A DNA stretch of 58,285 nt, counting the filler, from Jimgerdemannia flammicorona (taxonomy: Eukaryota), in assembly GCA_003990765.1 (NCBI GenBank). It is 3 parts of 3 records of this genome, joined end to end, with 100 filler letters (N's around TTAATTAATTAA, not from the genome) between each part and the next. Parts side by side here need not be neighbours in the genome. Positions count along the whole stretch, not along the records: positions 1 to 19,370 come from RBNJ01001954.1; 2 more parts are not named here. One strand, given 5' to 3'. Shown one piece after another: positions 1-12,700 of this stretch. Both the position numbers and the translations under genes were made by a program. A model generated the notes under the pieces. That model saw only the letters and a list, made by a program, of their open reading frames with translations. It was not told the origin of the DNA and made no database searches. Positions within the stretch are counted from its first letter, which is position 1. Every line of letters begins with the position of its first letter.

Positions 1-954
1 CATTTTCAAGAATTTTCTTATAAATTATGCTAAAGTTTATAGTTTTTTTTAGCTAAGTAAGAAATATTAATTATATCACTCAATTAATTATAAAAATGAG
101 CTATAAGTCTGTTCTCTATAACTTCTTGGTCAGTCTAGAAGATAATACTCTATATATACTCAAATATGATATATTTTACAAATTTAGCATTAGTTGACTC
201 TATACATATATCTAAATTATAATACTTATCAATACTTATAAAATGACTTACAATTCAGCTCATAAAGAGAAAGAGATCTAGAAACTATTAAAGAGATATA
301 AAGAACATCTAGTTAAAGTCAGATTAGAACAAATTAATTATAACAGAAATATCAAGTTGGTGGAAGAATAAAGAAAACTCATCAATCAATATTCATATTT
401 CTCATTCTGATAAATAGATCAGCAAAATATATTATCTGAGTATATATTTATAAAGTATATCTATTTAATATTTAAGTTAAAGTAATATTAAGTAAATTGA
501 TTATATTCGAGATAAGAGTAAACTGCTTAGAAAGGGTTTTCTAAATAGTATACTTAGTCTGGTCTTTGATAGAATTAAGTAATTAAATAAAAGTGAGAAA
601 TATTTAAAAGTTATATATGATAAAATGAGTAGATAAAATATAATAATATTAGTTTTTAGTTTAACTTAAATTTGATAATCTGCAATTATTATAAAATATT
701 AAATTAAACTTCATAAAGATAATAGTAGCTTCAAACTGATGAAAAGAATTTATTACAAGACTCTAATAGACTATATAGATTATATTATAGATATAGTAGA
801 TATAGTAAAAAGATCTAGTATTACTATACTAAACAAAGTTTTATATTATAATAGTAATTATAATAATTCTTATTTTTATCTCTCTCTTATCCTTGGATAA
901 TTAGAGAAATAAGATATTACTTAGAGACTTAGTATATAAGTATACTAAGAAGTT

Positions 955-2600
955 TTTTATTTTTATTTTTTTTTTTATGGTTACTTGGACTTCTACTTTA
1001 TTATTACCCTATCTATGTTATACTAATATAGATATACTCCTCACTTAATCTTATAGGGAGCCACCTCTGTCTTTCCATCTCTCTGAAATATTATAATTTT
1101 CTCTACTACTCTAATCCTCTCTCTACTTCTCTCACAAATCTTCTTTATAAGTCTCAAATGAAGCCTATCTCCAGATCTTTATCCTCATTACCATCTATTC
1201 AAAAGCTCTAGTATTAACTATTCCCACCTAGCAATCTGCATCCCCAGGACCAACTTTTGGCTATTCTCAAATACATATAGCCAATGTCCAGTAAGCATAA
1301 TCTATATAGTCAGAACTCACTAATAATTAATCACTCACTATTAACCCCTTCCACCAGTCTCCTCTAAAGGCCATCTCACCTTCTCCCCCCCCCCTCAGCC
1401 TAGAGAATAGTTCCTCAGCTAGTCTTTAATTACCTTCTAAAAGTCTTCAAAAACTTTACACTCTCTCAGCCAATATTTTGGGGTCTGAATTACTCCTTAC
1501 TTCTGTCTGTTATCAAATTACTTCTTGCACTCCAAGGTCTCTCCTATTATTAAAAATTCTTACCAGAAGCTCAATATTATATTTTGCTATAGAAGTCTCC
1601 ACTAAGCTACTTAGAACTTAGATGGGATCCACCATACCACCTTCTTACTCTTTGATCAGATACCAGTCTAGTCAAACTCTTTACAAATTCCTACCCCCTA
1701 TCAATCCTCTAGTCCCAGATCTCTCTTATACTTTTAAAGATACTTCATATTATTCTTTAGACTAAAGTTAACCACAGATATATCCTCCAGTAAGAGATAA
1801 TTTTACCACTATATCTAGAGTCTCTAGTTTATCTCAATCTCATTACTCAGATCCAGCATAAGTATCTAGCTATAGCAATCACTACTCCTCCTACTAGTAT
1901 CTCTTTTTCCAATACTTCTAAATTCATATTCTCTTTCTCAAAGCCCACCTTTACTCCTTCCTGTCTCTTCAAGAACCTCACTAAGATCACTTCTTTTATT
2001 TTCTAGACCAGAAGCTATAGAACTATTTTCACTATAATGGCTAAGTCTTGAAAATATAGTATGATAGTAAGTAATAATGCTGTCATCAGATCTATTATAC
2101 TATTAGTTAAGTTCTCTAGCCTTATACTCCTCCACTACTCAGATCTATGATCAGACATCATATCTGGATTCTTTTTTAAATAGTAGTCTTCCCCTCATTA
2201 GCAGTCCTGCTCTCTCTAGCTGTTATTTTCTCAGCCCTATCACTAGTATCTCCTGGGGCCCTTCTACTAGGCCCTGCAGTTTCTATCTTTTTTATCTTCT
2301 TTTTGTCTCTTTGTAGTCACCTCTCTAAACCCATTGATGAGTGTCTGACCTTGACTTTATCAGCAAAACTTACTCTCTCAGTCTTCTATCTATTAGTATT
2401 ATAACCTCCTCTTTAATATTATTAGACAAAAAGTCCAACAGACTCATCCTTAAGCTATAACTTCTCTCTATATACTATCTGACAAATATACTAGAGCTGT
2501 TCTGTCTAGCATGCTTACTATTTCTCTAAAAGTTATATTATAAGTATTATCAGAGATTTTTATAATCTATATAGTTCTGAGATAAGAGCTATTCTTCTTC
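955..2600 (-). mobile_element. Decayed, internally deleted L1/Tx1-like LINE (ORF1 part joined to the 3' end)
   Basis: Poly-T at ~955-977 is followed by the reverse complement of AATAAAGTAGAAGTCCAAGTAACCAT, the same 3' end as the LINEs at 8109, 38827 and 56163. 1830-2200 resembles the ORF1 region at 33400-33770, and 1000-1740 resembles the 3' region at 55400-56160. The 5' boundary is approximate. Confidence 0.65.
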
Positions 2601-3063
2601 TACCAAGATGACTTTAGTATAAAAAAGTACTTACTTAAAAGTAATTAGAGCTGTAATGTCTTTCTTAATAATCACAGTTATAAGAGACTTGTTCTTTACT
2701 ATATAAGACTAAATTATCCTTAAAATTCAGATTCAATAAGGAGTTTTTTTTAAGTTTTTAAAATTTATATATTAGCTTCAATTCTGATAGAAGTTAGTAA
2801 GACTTCTGAAGTTTGGTCAGAAATACTAGAGTTACTTAAATATCATTACTAAGATTCAGGAGAATATATATATAAAGGAAGGAACTTGATTCTTATATTA
2901 AGAACTGAAGATATATATATATTTTGGTTTACAATTTCAGGCTAAGTATGAATAACTAATTTGAGAATAATAAATAACCTTTGTAATATGTTCAATATGA
3001 TTAAAACCTTTGTAATCAGGACTTTTATACTATAAATAGTTAGGTAATGATCAGTTAATGCTA

Positions 3064-6000
3064 TTAGGGTTAGGGTTAGGCTTCAAGAAATAATTTATTT
3101 ATTATAGAGAAGAGAAGGTATATATATTAGAGTAATAAATAGCAAATACTCCTAAGTTGAGAAGAGCAAAAAGAGGTCAGCAAAGTAAACAACTAACTAA
3201 GAAGAATAAAATAAAGATCAGAGAGATAACTACTCTATAGATGAGCTGAATAAATCATTTTCTTATAGCTATAAAGATAATAAAATGCAAAAAGTAAAGA
3301 AAGAGAAGCTAAAATAAAATATACATAAGCTTACTGCTAACTATAGGAATAATATTGATAACCAAATACTAAGTAACTAATATGAGATATATAACTCAAT
3401 ATACTCTCAATAATAAGAAACCAACCAAGATTAATAAGAGAAAGAAAAGAAATACAGAAAATATACAATCACTTAATTACTATGATTTTGAAGAAATAGA
3501 ACTCAACTGCAAGATAGTTATTAGAATTGTACATAGTATCAATAATATGGTAGACTGTCTTATAAAGAGTATGAAGAGAGTAGGTATGAAGTTCCTTCTG
3601 CTATTTATTTATCAATAGTAAACTATTTAAGATTACAACTAGTATTACCTTAGAAGACCGTATACAAACCATCAAGAAGACTACACCTATAGAGATAGCT
3701 ATAATGAAACTCATCTCTATAGAAGTATGGGTGAGGTTGACCAAAATGGCCATAATATCAGATAAGAGTACAATAAACAAACTAGGAGAGAAAGAAGAGG
3801 ATATAATCAACCTCTCTTGACTATAAGTAGTCACAGGACATAATGTACCAAATGAGAGTCTGAGAGAAGGAGGCTTATTTCTATAGTAGCTAATTCTGAA
3901 GAAAGGACTGGAGAAAGGAGTAGAGTGGGCTAGTCTTGTGAATCTGGAGGCAGAGATCTCAGTACTAGTTAAGAAAGTCAAGCTAAGAGATTTAATACTA
4001 GAACTTATCAATAATAGAATCTGGAGAATGTATAATAAAGTGCTCACTAAGGGAGCTGATGGGGTTGTTACCAGACTCACTACACTAATCCAAATAGGCT
4101 TGATATAGCAGAGGTCTGAATTCAACAACAAAAGGAAGAGAGGCTGAGGACTAAACTGCCAAGCAAGGGCTAGCCAGAAAATCCAACCATCTAAGTGACA
4201 GTATCATCAAAGATCTACTCAGAGTATGTACTTCATTATCTAAAGCTCTAAGATAGTGACTGGACAGGAGTTTATAGAAGGGAGAGGCTATATTCTAGCT
4301 GAGGTCTGATAAAGGTATGAATGATAGCCAGCTTAATCATTAGCAACTAGAGGGGACCATGAGTATAGCAAAAACCAAGAGTATATTCTGACTTTACCAT
4401 ATTCTGTAATACCTGATTGATAAAGTCAAATCTGTTATTGATATATAGCATGCCCAGATATATATAAGAGGGGATTGATGAGTACAGTTCTCTCTTGATT
4501 AGTATAGTATAGTTGAGTTCAATGATATTCACTGTAAGCAAATCCTTACAAAATTCAACTATCCTTTGACTCTTAGCAGTAGTGTAAGGAATAAGAGTAA
4601 TATCATTATTAAAGAAAAGGCTAAGAGAGAAGTCATATTTCTTAAATAGTCATCAAAGGAGATAGTAAGGAGGTTAATAAAGATGTCAAAATGCCAAGAA
4701 GAGAGAAGGGAGTCCTGGAAGAGGCCATGCCCAGCAGGGACTAGAGAGATGATAAGGCCATTAATAACTATCTGATAAGAACAGTAATTGAAAAGGCTCC
4801 AGATAATACTAAGATGGCTATATTAGTACCTTGCTCCTCAAGTCAGAAAATAATAAGCTTGAGGGAGACTTAATCATATGTTCACTTGGAGTAAAGAAAG
4901 ACATGGCTACCCCACCTCTTGGTCTATATCTTATGTGAGAGCAAGACATAGAAAAGAAATGAGAAGTAGGTTAGAAGCCACTTTAGCAGTGCAAAATTTC
5001 TATCAGACTACTTCAGGATTTGATATAGTATTTTAAATATTACTCAAAGAGTTGGTGAAACATCTCAGTAAAAGTAATAGGGTGAAAACTATCATTTGTT
5101 AGAGATTTCACTTTATTGAAGATTGCAAAGGTGATAGCAATATTTTAGTAGCAGAGAGATAGCTCTCAAATCAGAAGAGGGAACAATTTGTGGCAGTTGT
5201 AAAATAGGAGGTGGCATAATGGCAGAAAGATGGGCAGTTGATAGCAGAATGGTGGGATAAATTCAAACATTTGGTAGAAACTTACTGGCATGATATTGGA
5301 GAAGTGGCTGGGAAGGAGCAGAAGGACAAAAAAAGGAGAGTAGAGCAAGGGCTGTAATGGTGACTGAAGCTACTAGAAAGGGAGACCTTGTCTGGAGAGG
5401 TGTGCCACTGGTTGGCAGTAGAGGTAGCAGAGTTACAGGCAGATTTGAGAGCATCTGAGAACAGAGTAGTAGATGGCCTACTAGTCAAATTGTGGACCAG
5501 ATGGTTGGAAGAAGGAGAGAGGCCAACTAAGTATCAGTCAGATATTTTGAAGGCCAGGAAGGTATGATACAGCTGGGTCTCAGTATTATGTGAAGATAGA
5601 GTAGAGGTCTCAGAGATTGCTGACATGTTAGGAGAGATATCAGGACAATGGCAGGCTCTCTGATAGGATGGCAGAGAGCATGCTGAGGATACAGTGCTTT
5701 GGGAGAACAATGATAATATGGTGAATAATTGGCCAGTAACAGCATTGTCTAAGATAGGGAAGATAGTCATAGGGGAGGTGTCTTTAGATGAAGTATTGGA
5801 AGTAATGAGGAAGATGTAGACTGATTCATCATCTGGGGAGAATGAGTTGCCCTGGGAATTCTGGAAGGAGTTCCAGACAGAGTTTGGTAGCTGGTTGGTA
5901 GAGATGGCTAACTTCATTCTAAAGAAGAGCAGCTGAATTGACAATAGTTCCTTGGGATTAGATTCCCTTCCATATAAAGAAAAGGGAGATTGATGAGTGT

Positions 6001-8106
6001 GGTATAATTGATGACCTATCATGCTGCTGAATGTAAATAGAAAGCTGGTTTCAAAGATTCTGGCATGGAGGATGCAGCAGTATATTGATGTACTAGTTAG
6101 CGAAGAACAGTGAGGCTTCATCAAGGGGAGGCAGATTAGAGATAGCACTGCTTGGGTATAGAATGTCCTGGAGAGTTATAGGAGCTGACAGGTAGATGGC
6201 TGGATGGTCTTTCTAGATCAAGAGAAGGCCTATGACAGAGTGTGGTGAAGTTATTTGGAGACTGTTCTGAAGAGGGTAGGATTTGGTGTAGCAGAGGTAG
6301 GGTGATTGATGGGTTTAATACAGAGATGCTGAGCAGTAGTTATTATGAATAGATGGAGTGGACCAGAGTTTGCCTTCAGGTATGGTGTGCTACAGAGGGA
6401 CCCTCTCTCCTCCCTCCTTTATGTATGCTCTCTGGAGCCTTTACTGGTATGGCTAAAGGGGTGACTTTCTGGACTGTGGATGGGTAATGTGGTCAGGAAG
6501 CTAGGTGCCTTCATAGATGACATAGTGGTAGGGTTGAGTAGTATGGAGGATGTGGATCTCCTACAGGAAGGGGTTGGACAGTATGAGAGGCTGGCAGGAG
6601 CTAAGCTAAATTGGGGCAAGTGTGAGACAATGGAACTTAGTGCTGGCCTGAGGATATATGGACAATTTGGACAATTGGTGGTGACAGAGAGTGCTGTTCA
6701 GTATCTGGGTATTTGGTTCTTAGTATATGAGACAGTCTTGTTGAAGGAGTAGTAGTGTGGATTGATTCAGAAGTTAGAAGGTGCTTTGACAGATTGGTCA
6801 GAGAGGGGCTTCTCCTTAGTAGATAAGATAGTGGTCTTAAATGTATATTGGTCATCTAAAATGTGGTATCCAGGACACCATTAGGACTTTTTAAAGTGGG
6901 TAGTATAGCAGCTGAAGAAGATTGTGGAGGGGTAGTTGTGGCATGGGAAGTGGCCACAGATTGGATGGGATATACTAGTGATGAGGGCAACTGATGGAGG
7001 CCTGGGGTTGGTGGACTTCAGGTACTGGTTGAAGGTACTTTGAGGTTGGTGGGGGTGCTAACTGGTAGTTCTATTGAGGAAGGTTGGGGCAGACTGGCTA
7101 TGGACAATTGGGAGGTCTGGTTCTACCCCCATGGTGAGATTTGGAAGGATATATGGGGTCTGCTTCAGATTGAAAATATATATAGACTGTGGTATAAGGA
7201 GTTCTGGTGGGGTATTATAGAAGCCTGGCTGGTCATTGAGTTGGCAGGCCCAGAGATAGAGGTGGGTGAGAACCCTGAGCTGAGGTGGTAGTGACTGAGA
7301 GACCTCTGCATTGGTGGCCATAGTTTGAAGGAGTACTCCCTGGTTGAGGTGATAGAGTAGAACAGGTCTGGTCCTCTGGAGAGATGGCCAGCAGGTTGGC
7401 AGAGAGCAGGAATTGGTAAAGGCTGTGAGTGGGACCATATCTAGAGTTGGAGAGCCTCTTTACTCAAGGTGGTGCCCCTTAAGTACTAGGAGGTTTGGTG
7501 GTAGTTTTTACAAAGGAATGTAATTTTGGGTTATTGGACAAGCTGAATGGTGGTAGATGGTTGTTGAGACTGAGTGGTGCAGTGAGGTGGATGGAGGGGT
7601 GGTTCAGATGCCAGAGTATATTCTGGTAGCCTGCCCAGGTGTTGAAGAGCTTTGACAGAGTTTAGAAGGTTACTGGGACCCTGTGAGTCAAAGATCAGGG
7701 GATCCAGTCAGTCTGATGGTCAAGTGCCAGCTGGTGGAGGAGATTTGTGATATCTGAGGTAGTCTAGATTATGTTCTGGAGGTTGGGGTCCTGATGGCAG
7801 TGCATTGACAATGGGTATTTGAGTAGAACCCATAGATGGGAATTAGAGAGCTGATAGAGTGGTAGTGGTGGCTACTCCAAGAGGTGGTACAGGGATGATA
7901 GTATCAGAGGAAGCAGCTTCAACTAGGGGTCTTAAAGAAGGTACAGAATATTGTACTACAGAGTCAAGAGCACCTGGTATCAGATGATCATAGGGTTAGG
8001 TGGAAGAATGGAGTTAACCAAGCTGCCCTCTTTATATATATTATGTTAGTAGTGGTTTATAGTTAATTGTTATTGTAATAAGTAACAAAGTTGGAGTCCA
8101 AGTGAC

Positions 8107-8181
<75 letters not shown>

Positions 8182-8298
8182 GCCCTCAAATTATATAACT
8201 AGAAGAAGAAGAATAAGGCTTTAAATAGGCTACAGGGGACATTATTTTTATCTGCTATTATCAAAAGGGCCCAGACAAGCAGTTGGTGCTATAGAGGA
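3064..8298 (-). mobile_element. APE-RT LINE with telomeric-repeat 3' junction, copy A (5'-truncated, split by an L1-like insertion)
   Basis: Begins TTAGGGTTAGGGTTAGG-CTTCAAG and is colinear with 9811-12060. RT motifs on the minus strand (GLFQDSLLSSWHFDIFI, ~4670-4730). It resumes at 8180 after the inserted LINE. Confidence 0.85.
5172..8179 (+). mobile_element. 5'-truncated L1/Tx1-like LINE (RT and C-terminal region, poly(A) tail, TSD)
   Basis: Degenerate RT motifs FLDQEKAYD (~6210), GVLQRDPLSSLLY (~6385) and GAFIDDIV (6505). Ends GTCCAAGTGACTAT plus ~70 A. Flanked by ATAGCTCTCAAAT (5159-5171) and ATAGCCCTCAAAT (8179-8191). Confidence 0.92.
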
Positions 8299-8816
8299 CT
8301 TCAATGTAAGAATTTATTTATTATAAAGAAGATAAGATATATCAGAGCAACAAATGGCAAAGACTCCTAAGATAAGAAAAGCAAAAAGAGGCCAGCAAAG
8401 TAAACAACTAGCTTAGAAGAACAAAACAAAGGCCAGAGAGGTGATCATCCTAAGGACAGAATAGATAAACTATTTAGTCACAGCTATAAAGATAATAAAT
8501 GTGAAAGCAAAAAAAAGAGAGAAGCTAAGCTATAGTATACAAATGCCCAGCACCAACAATAGGAATAATATTGAAACCCAAATACCAAATAACTGACATG
8601 AGATAAATAATCAATATACTCTCAATAATAAGAGAATCAACTAAGATAAATGAGAGGAAAGAAGAAAATAAAGAAAATATATAATTGCTCAATCACTTAA
8701 GTATCTTTAAAATCTTACTCAGACAGAACCTGAGTGCGAGGTGGCCATCAGAATTATACATGGCATTGATGCAATCAATAGAATGATTGGATGTCTTGTG
8801 AAGAGTATGAAGAGAG
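8299..8816 (-). mobile_element. Telomeric-junction LINE copy B (3' ~0.5 kb only)
   Basis: Colinear with 3081-3580 and 9811-10318. There is no clear TTAGGG tract at its own 3' junction. Confidence 0.85.
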
Positions 8817-9790
8817 TTAGAGTTGGGTTAGGGTTAGGCTTCAAGTAAAAATTTATTCATTGTAGAGAAGATAAGATATATCAGAGTAATAAACAGCAGA
8901 GACTCCTAAGATGAGAGAAGCAAAAAGAGGCCAGTGAAGTAAACAACTAGCTAAGAAGAACAAAATAAAGACCAAAGAGATGAACACTCTGTAGATAAGC
9001 TAAATAAACCATTTTGTTATGGCAATAGAACAAAAATGCAAAAAGCAAAGAGAGGAGAAGCTAAGATATAATATACAAATACCTAGCACCAACTACAGAA
9101 ACAATATTGATACCCAAATACCAAATGACTAATATGAGATATATACATAACTCAATATACTATCAATAACAAGAAAACCAACTAAGGTAAATGAGGGGAA
9201 AGAAGAGAGTAAAAAAAATATACAATCACTTAATTACCCAAGTATATTCATAATCTCAGTCAGACAGAACCCAATCACAAGATGGCTACCAGAATTATAC
9301 ATAGTATCATAGCATGATAGGCAGTCTTGTAAAGAGCATGAAGAGGGTAGATTCAAAGTTCCTCCTATTATTCATCACTGATAAATCAATTGAGCTGTTC
9401 ATCATGATCAGAATTATCTCAGAAGGCAGAATTCAAACCATCAAGAAGACCACACCTGAGGAGATGGCCACAATGAAACATATCTCTACAGGGGTAGGGG
9501 TAGAGTTGGCCAAAGTTGCCATAATGCAAGGCAAGAGTTGAGCACATAAGCCAGAGGGGGAAGAAGAGGATGCAATTGGCTCTCTGAGACTATAAATACT
9601 CTTTGAGTGTATTGTATCAAATGAGAACCTGGGAGGAGAAAGCCTATCCTGAAGCAGCTGGTCTCAAAGAATTGACTGGAGGAAGGAGTAGAGTAAGTGA
9701 GTCTTGCAGATCTGGGGATGGAGGTCCCAGTATCAGTTGAGGAAGTTAAGCCAAGAGGTCCAACTCCTGAACTTATTAATGATAGAACCT
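8815..9790 (-). mobile_element. Telomeric-junction LINE copy C (3' ~1 kb)
   Basis: Starts with GTTAGAGTTGGGTTAGGGTTAGG-CTTCAAG and is colinear with 9811-10803. Confidence 0.88.
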
Positions 9791-12700
9791 GGGTAAGAGT
9801 TAGGGTTAGGCTTCAAGTAAGGATTTATAAATTATAGAGAAGACAAGATACATAAGAGGAATAAATAGCAAAGACTTCTAAGATGAGAAAAGCAAATGAG
9901 GCCAGTGAAATAAACAACTAGCTAAGAAGAACAAAACAGAGGTCAGAGAGGAGACTACCCTATGGATGGGCAGGATATAACTATTTTGTCACAGCCATAA
10001 AGATAATAAATGTGGAAAGCAAAGAAGAGAGAAGCTAAGATAAAATACACAAATGCCCAGTGCCTACTATAGGAGCAAATCAACACCCAAATACCAAATG
10101 ACTGATATGAGAAGAATAGCTCAATGAGCTCTCAACAATAAGAGAACCAACTGAGATGAATGAGGAGAAAGAAGGAGATAAAGAAAATGTGTGATTGCTT
10201 AATCACCCAAGTATCTTTGTAATCTCAGTCAGGCAGAATCTGACCATGAGGTGGTCACCAGAATTACACAAAGTATCAATAGCATAGTAGGCTGTCTTGT
10301 GAAGAGCATGAAGAGAGTAGGCATGAAGTTCTTCCTGCCATTCATTACTAGTAAACCAATTGAGCTGTTCATCATGATCAGAATTATCTTAGAAGGCAGA
10401 ATAGGAGCTATTAAGAAGACTGCACCTAAGGAGATGACCATGATTAAACTTATCTCTACAGGAACAGGGGTGGAGTTGGCCATAATTAAACTTATCTCTA
10501 CAAGAACAGGGGCAGAGTTGGCCAAAATAGCAATATTGCTAGGTGAGAGCAGAGTGCACAAGCTGGGGGGGAAAAGAAAGGACACAATCAGAACCCCAAG
10601 ACCACAACCAGCCTTCGGGAGTAATGTACTAAACCAGAGCCTGAGAAGAGGAGGTCTATTCCTGGAGCAGCTGATTCTAAATAAATGACTGGAGGAAGAA
10701 GCAGAGCAAGTGAGTCTTGCAGACCTGGGGATGGAGGTCTCAGTTCCAGTCAAGGAAGTCAAGCCAAGAGGTCAATTGCCAGAACTTGTCAATGATAGAA
10801 CCTGGGGGATGTATGACAAAATGCTTGCTAAGGAGGCAGATAGAGTTGTTGCCAGAATTACTACATTAGTTCAGATGGGCTTGGAACATGCAACAGAGGT
10901 CCAACAAATGACAAAGAAAGGAGAGGAGGCCAAGAATCGAACTGCCAAGCAAGGGACAGCCAGAAAATCTGACTGCCCAAGAGACAGCATCATCAAAGAC
11001 CTGCTCAGAATATTTCAACACCAGAAGCTCTATGGTAGTAGTTGGGCAAGAGGCTCATAGGAAGAGAAGGCCATATTCTAGCTGAGGCCTAATGAAAGTA
11101 CATACAATGGCCAGCTTGACCTTTAGCAACCAGAGGGGATCCTGGGCATAGCAGAATCCATGAGTACATTCCACCTTAGCTACATTCTGAAATGCCAGGC
11201 TGACAAAGTCAAATCCTTTGTTGGTATATAGTATGCATGCTCAGGTAAATGTAGGAGGGGGTTTGTAGGCAGGGTTCTCCCCCAATCTGTACAGTACAGT
11301 CAGCAGGGCTAACATAACTACACTTCTTGGAATTGAGCTCCATACCATTCTCCAAGTGCTATGCTTCACAAAAGTCAATCACCCTTTGCCCTTCCACAGC
11401 AGTGCGGGGGGTAAGAGCAATATCATCCACAAAGAAGAGCTCAAGAGGGAAGTTGTACTCCTTAAACTGCTCATCAAAGGAGGTGACTATGGGGTCAATG
11501 AATATATCAAAGAGCCAGGGGGAGAGAAGAGAGCCTTGAAAAAGGCTATGCTCAGTAGGGACTGAGGGAGTGACAAGATCATTGAAAACCACCTAATAAG
11601 AACAGTGGTTGAACAGACTTCAGATAATTCTAAGGAAGGCCACATCAGTACCTTGTTCCTTAAGTCAGGAGGGAATGAGTTTGAGGGAGACTCTATTATA
11701 TATCTGCCAGAGGTCAAGAAAGATACAGTGGCCCCACTCCTTTGCCCACATCTCATGTAAAAGTAAGACATGGTAGAGGGATGAGAAGTGGGTTTGGAAG
11801 CCACCTTGGCAGTATAACATTTCTGTCAGGCTACTTTAGCTCTTGATATAACCTTTCAAGCATCACTCAAAGAGTCTGCGAAACATCTCAGTAAGAGTGA
11901 TCAGGCAAAATCCATCAATTGTCCTTGACTCCTCCTCCTTGGAGACTGGGGTAATGATGGCAGAGTTCCAGTAGTGAGAAGTGAGCCCCCAAACCATGCA
12001 CATCTGAAAGAAAAAGGAGAGGGCTTTTGACAGACTACAGAGGGCATCCTTCTCACCTACTATCACCCAAAGGATCCAGACATGCAAGGAGTCAGCCCTA
12101 TAGGCCTTTATGAGGGGGTAGCTATAGATAGCCCTCCAAACTGCAGGCTGGTCAAATTAGGACTGCAGTCCAGAGCACCCACATCAAAGAGAAAGATATT
12201 CACAGAGTCATCAAGGTGGAGAGAGGTATCTGGTTAGCTGAAGATAGTGATAAAATGAGCAACTATATTATCAAAGACCAAGACAGCAGTTGAATGAGAC
12301 TGGAGGGGAGTGGGAGGGGTTGAGCAACATACTTACTTAAAACCACAAATAGTATTAGAGACCAAAGATGAACTGTGAAGGTCCTACTGAGAGAGTGATG
12401 CTGTCCTGATTTCTCTTGTGTCATACAAGCCCAATATGTCCTTACAGATAGACTATAGACCAGAGGTCTGGAGAGAGTCAAGAGAATTCACAAACTGCTG
12501 GTAATCTTCCACAGACTGAAAGCCAGTAATGTGGTCTTGAGCAGAGTAGATGGACCTAATAATAGTATTACAAATGATATCTATAGATTTCCCAAGGTGA
12601 GCTTGGATGACTGAATCAGTCAGATACTTCACAGAATAGAAGTGGATACCAGCCAAGGCAGTAACTAGTAAGGGGGAGAAGGGAAAGGAGATAGTGAGAA

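Noticed and set aside
1..950. Identity of the AT-rich coding-like relic (also 28840-29425)
   Set aside because: It is probably decayed TE sequence, but no motif could be recognised with confidence.
3064..3080. A current functional telomere
   Set aside because: There are only about 3 units, internal to the contig. All such tracts are tied to LINE 3' ends.
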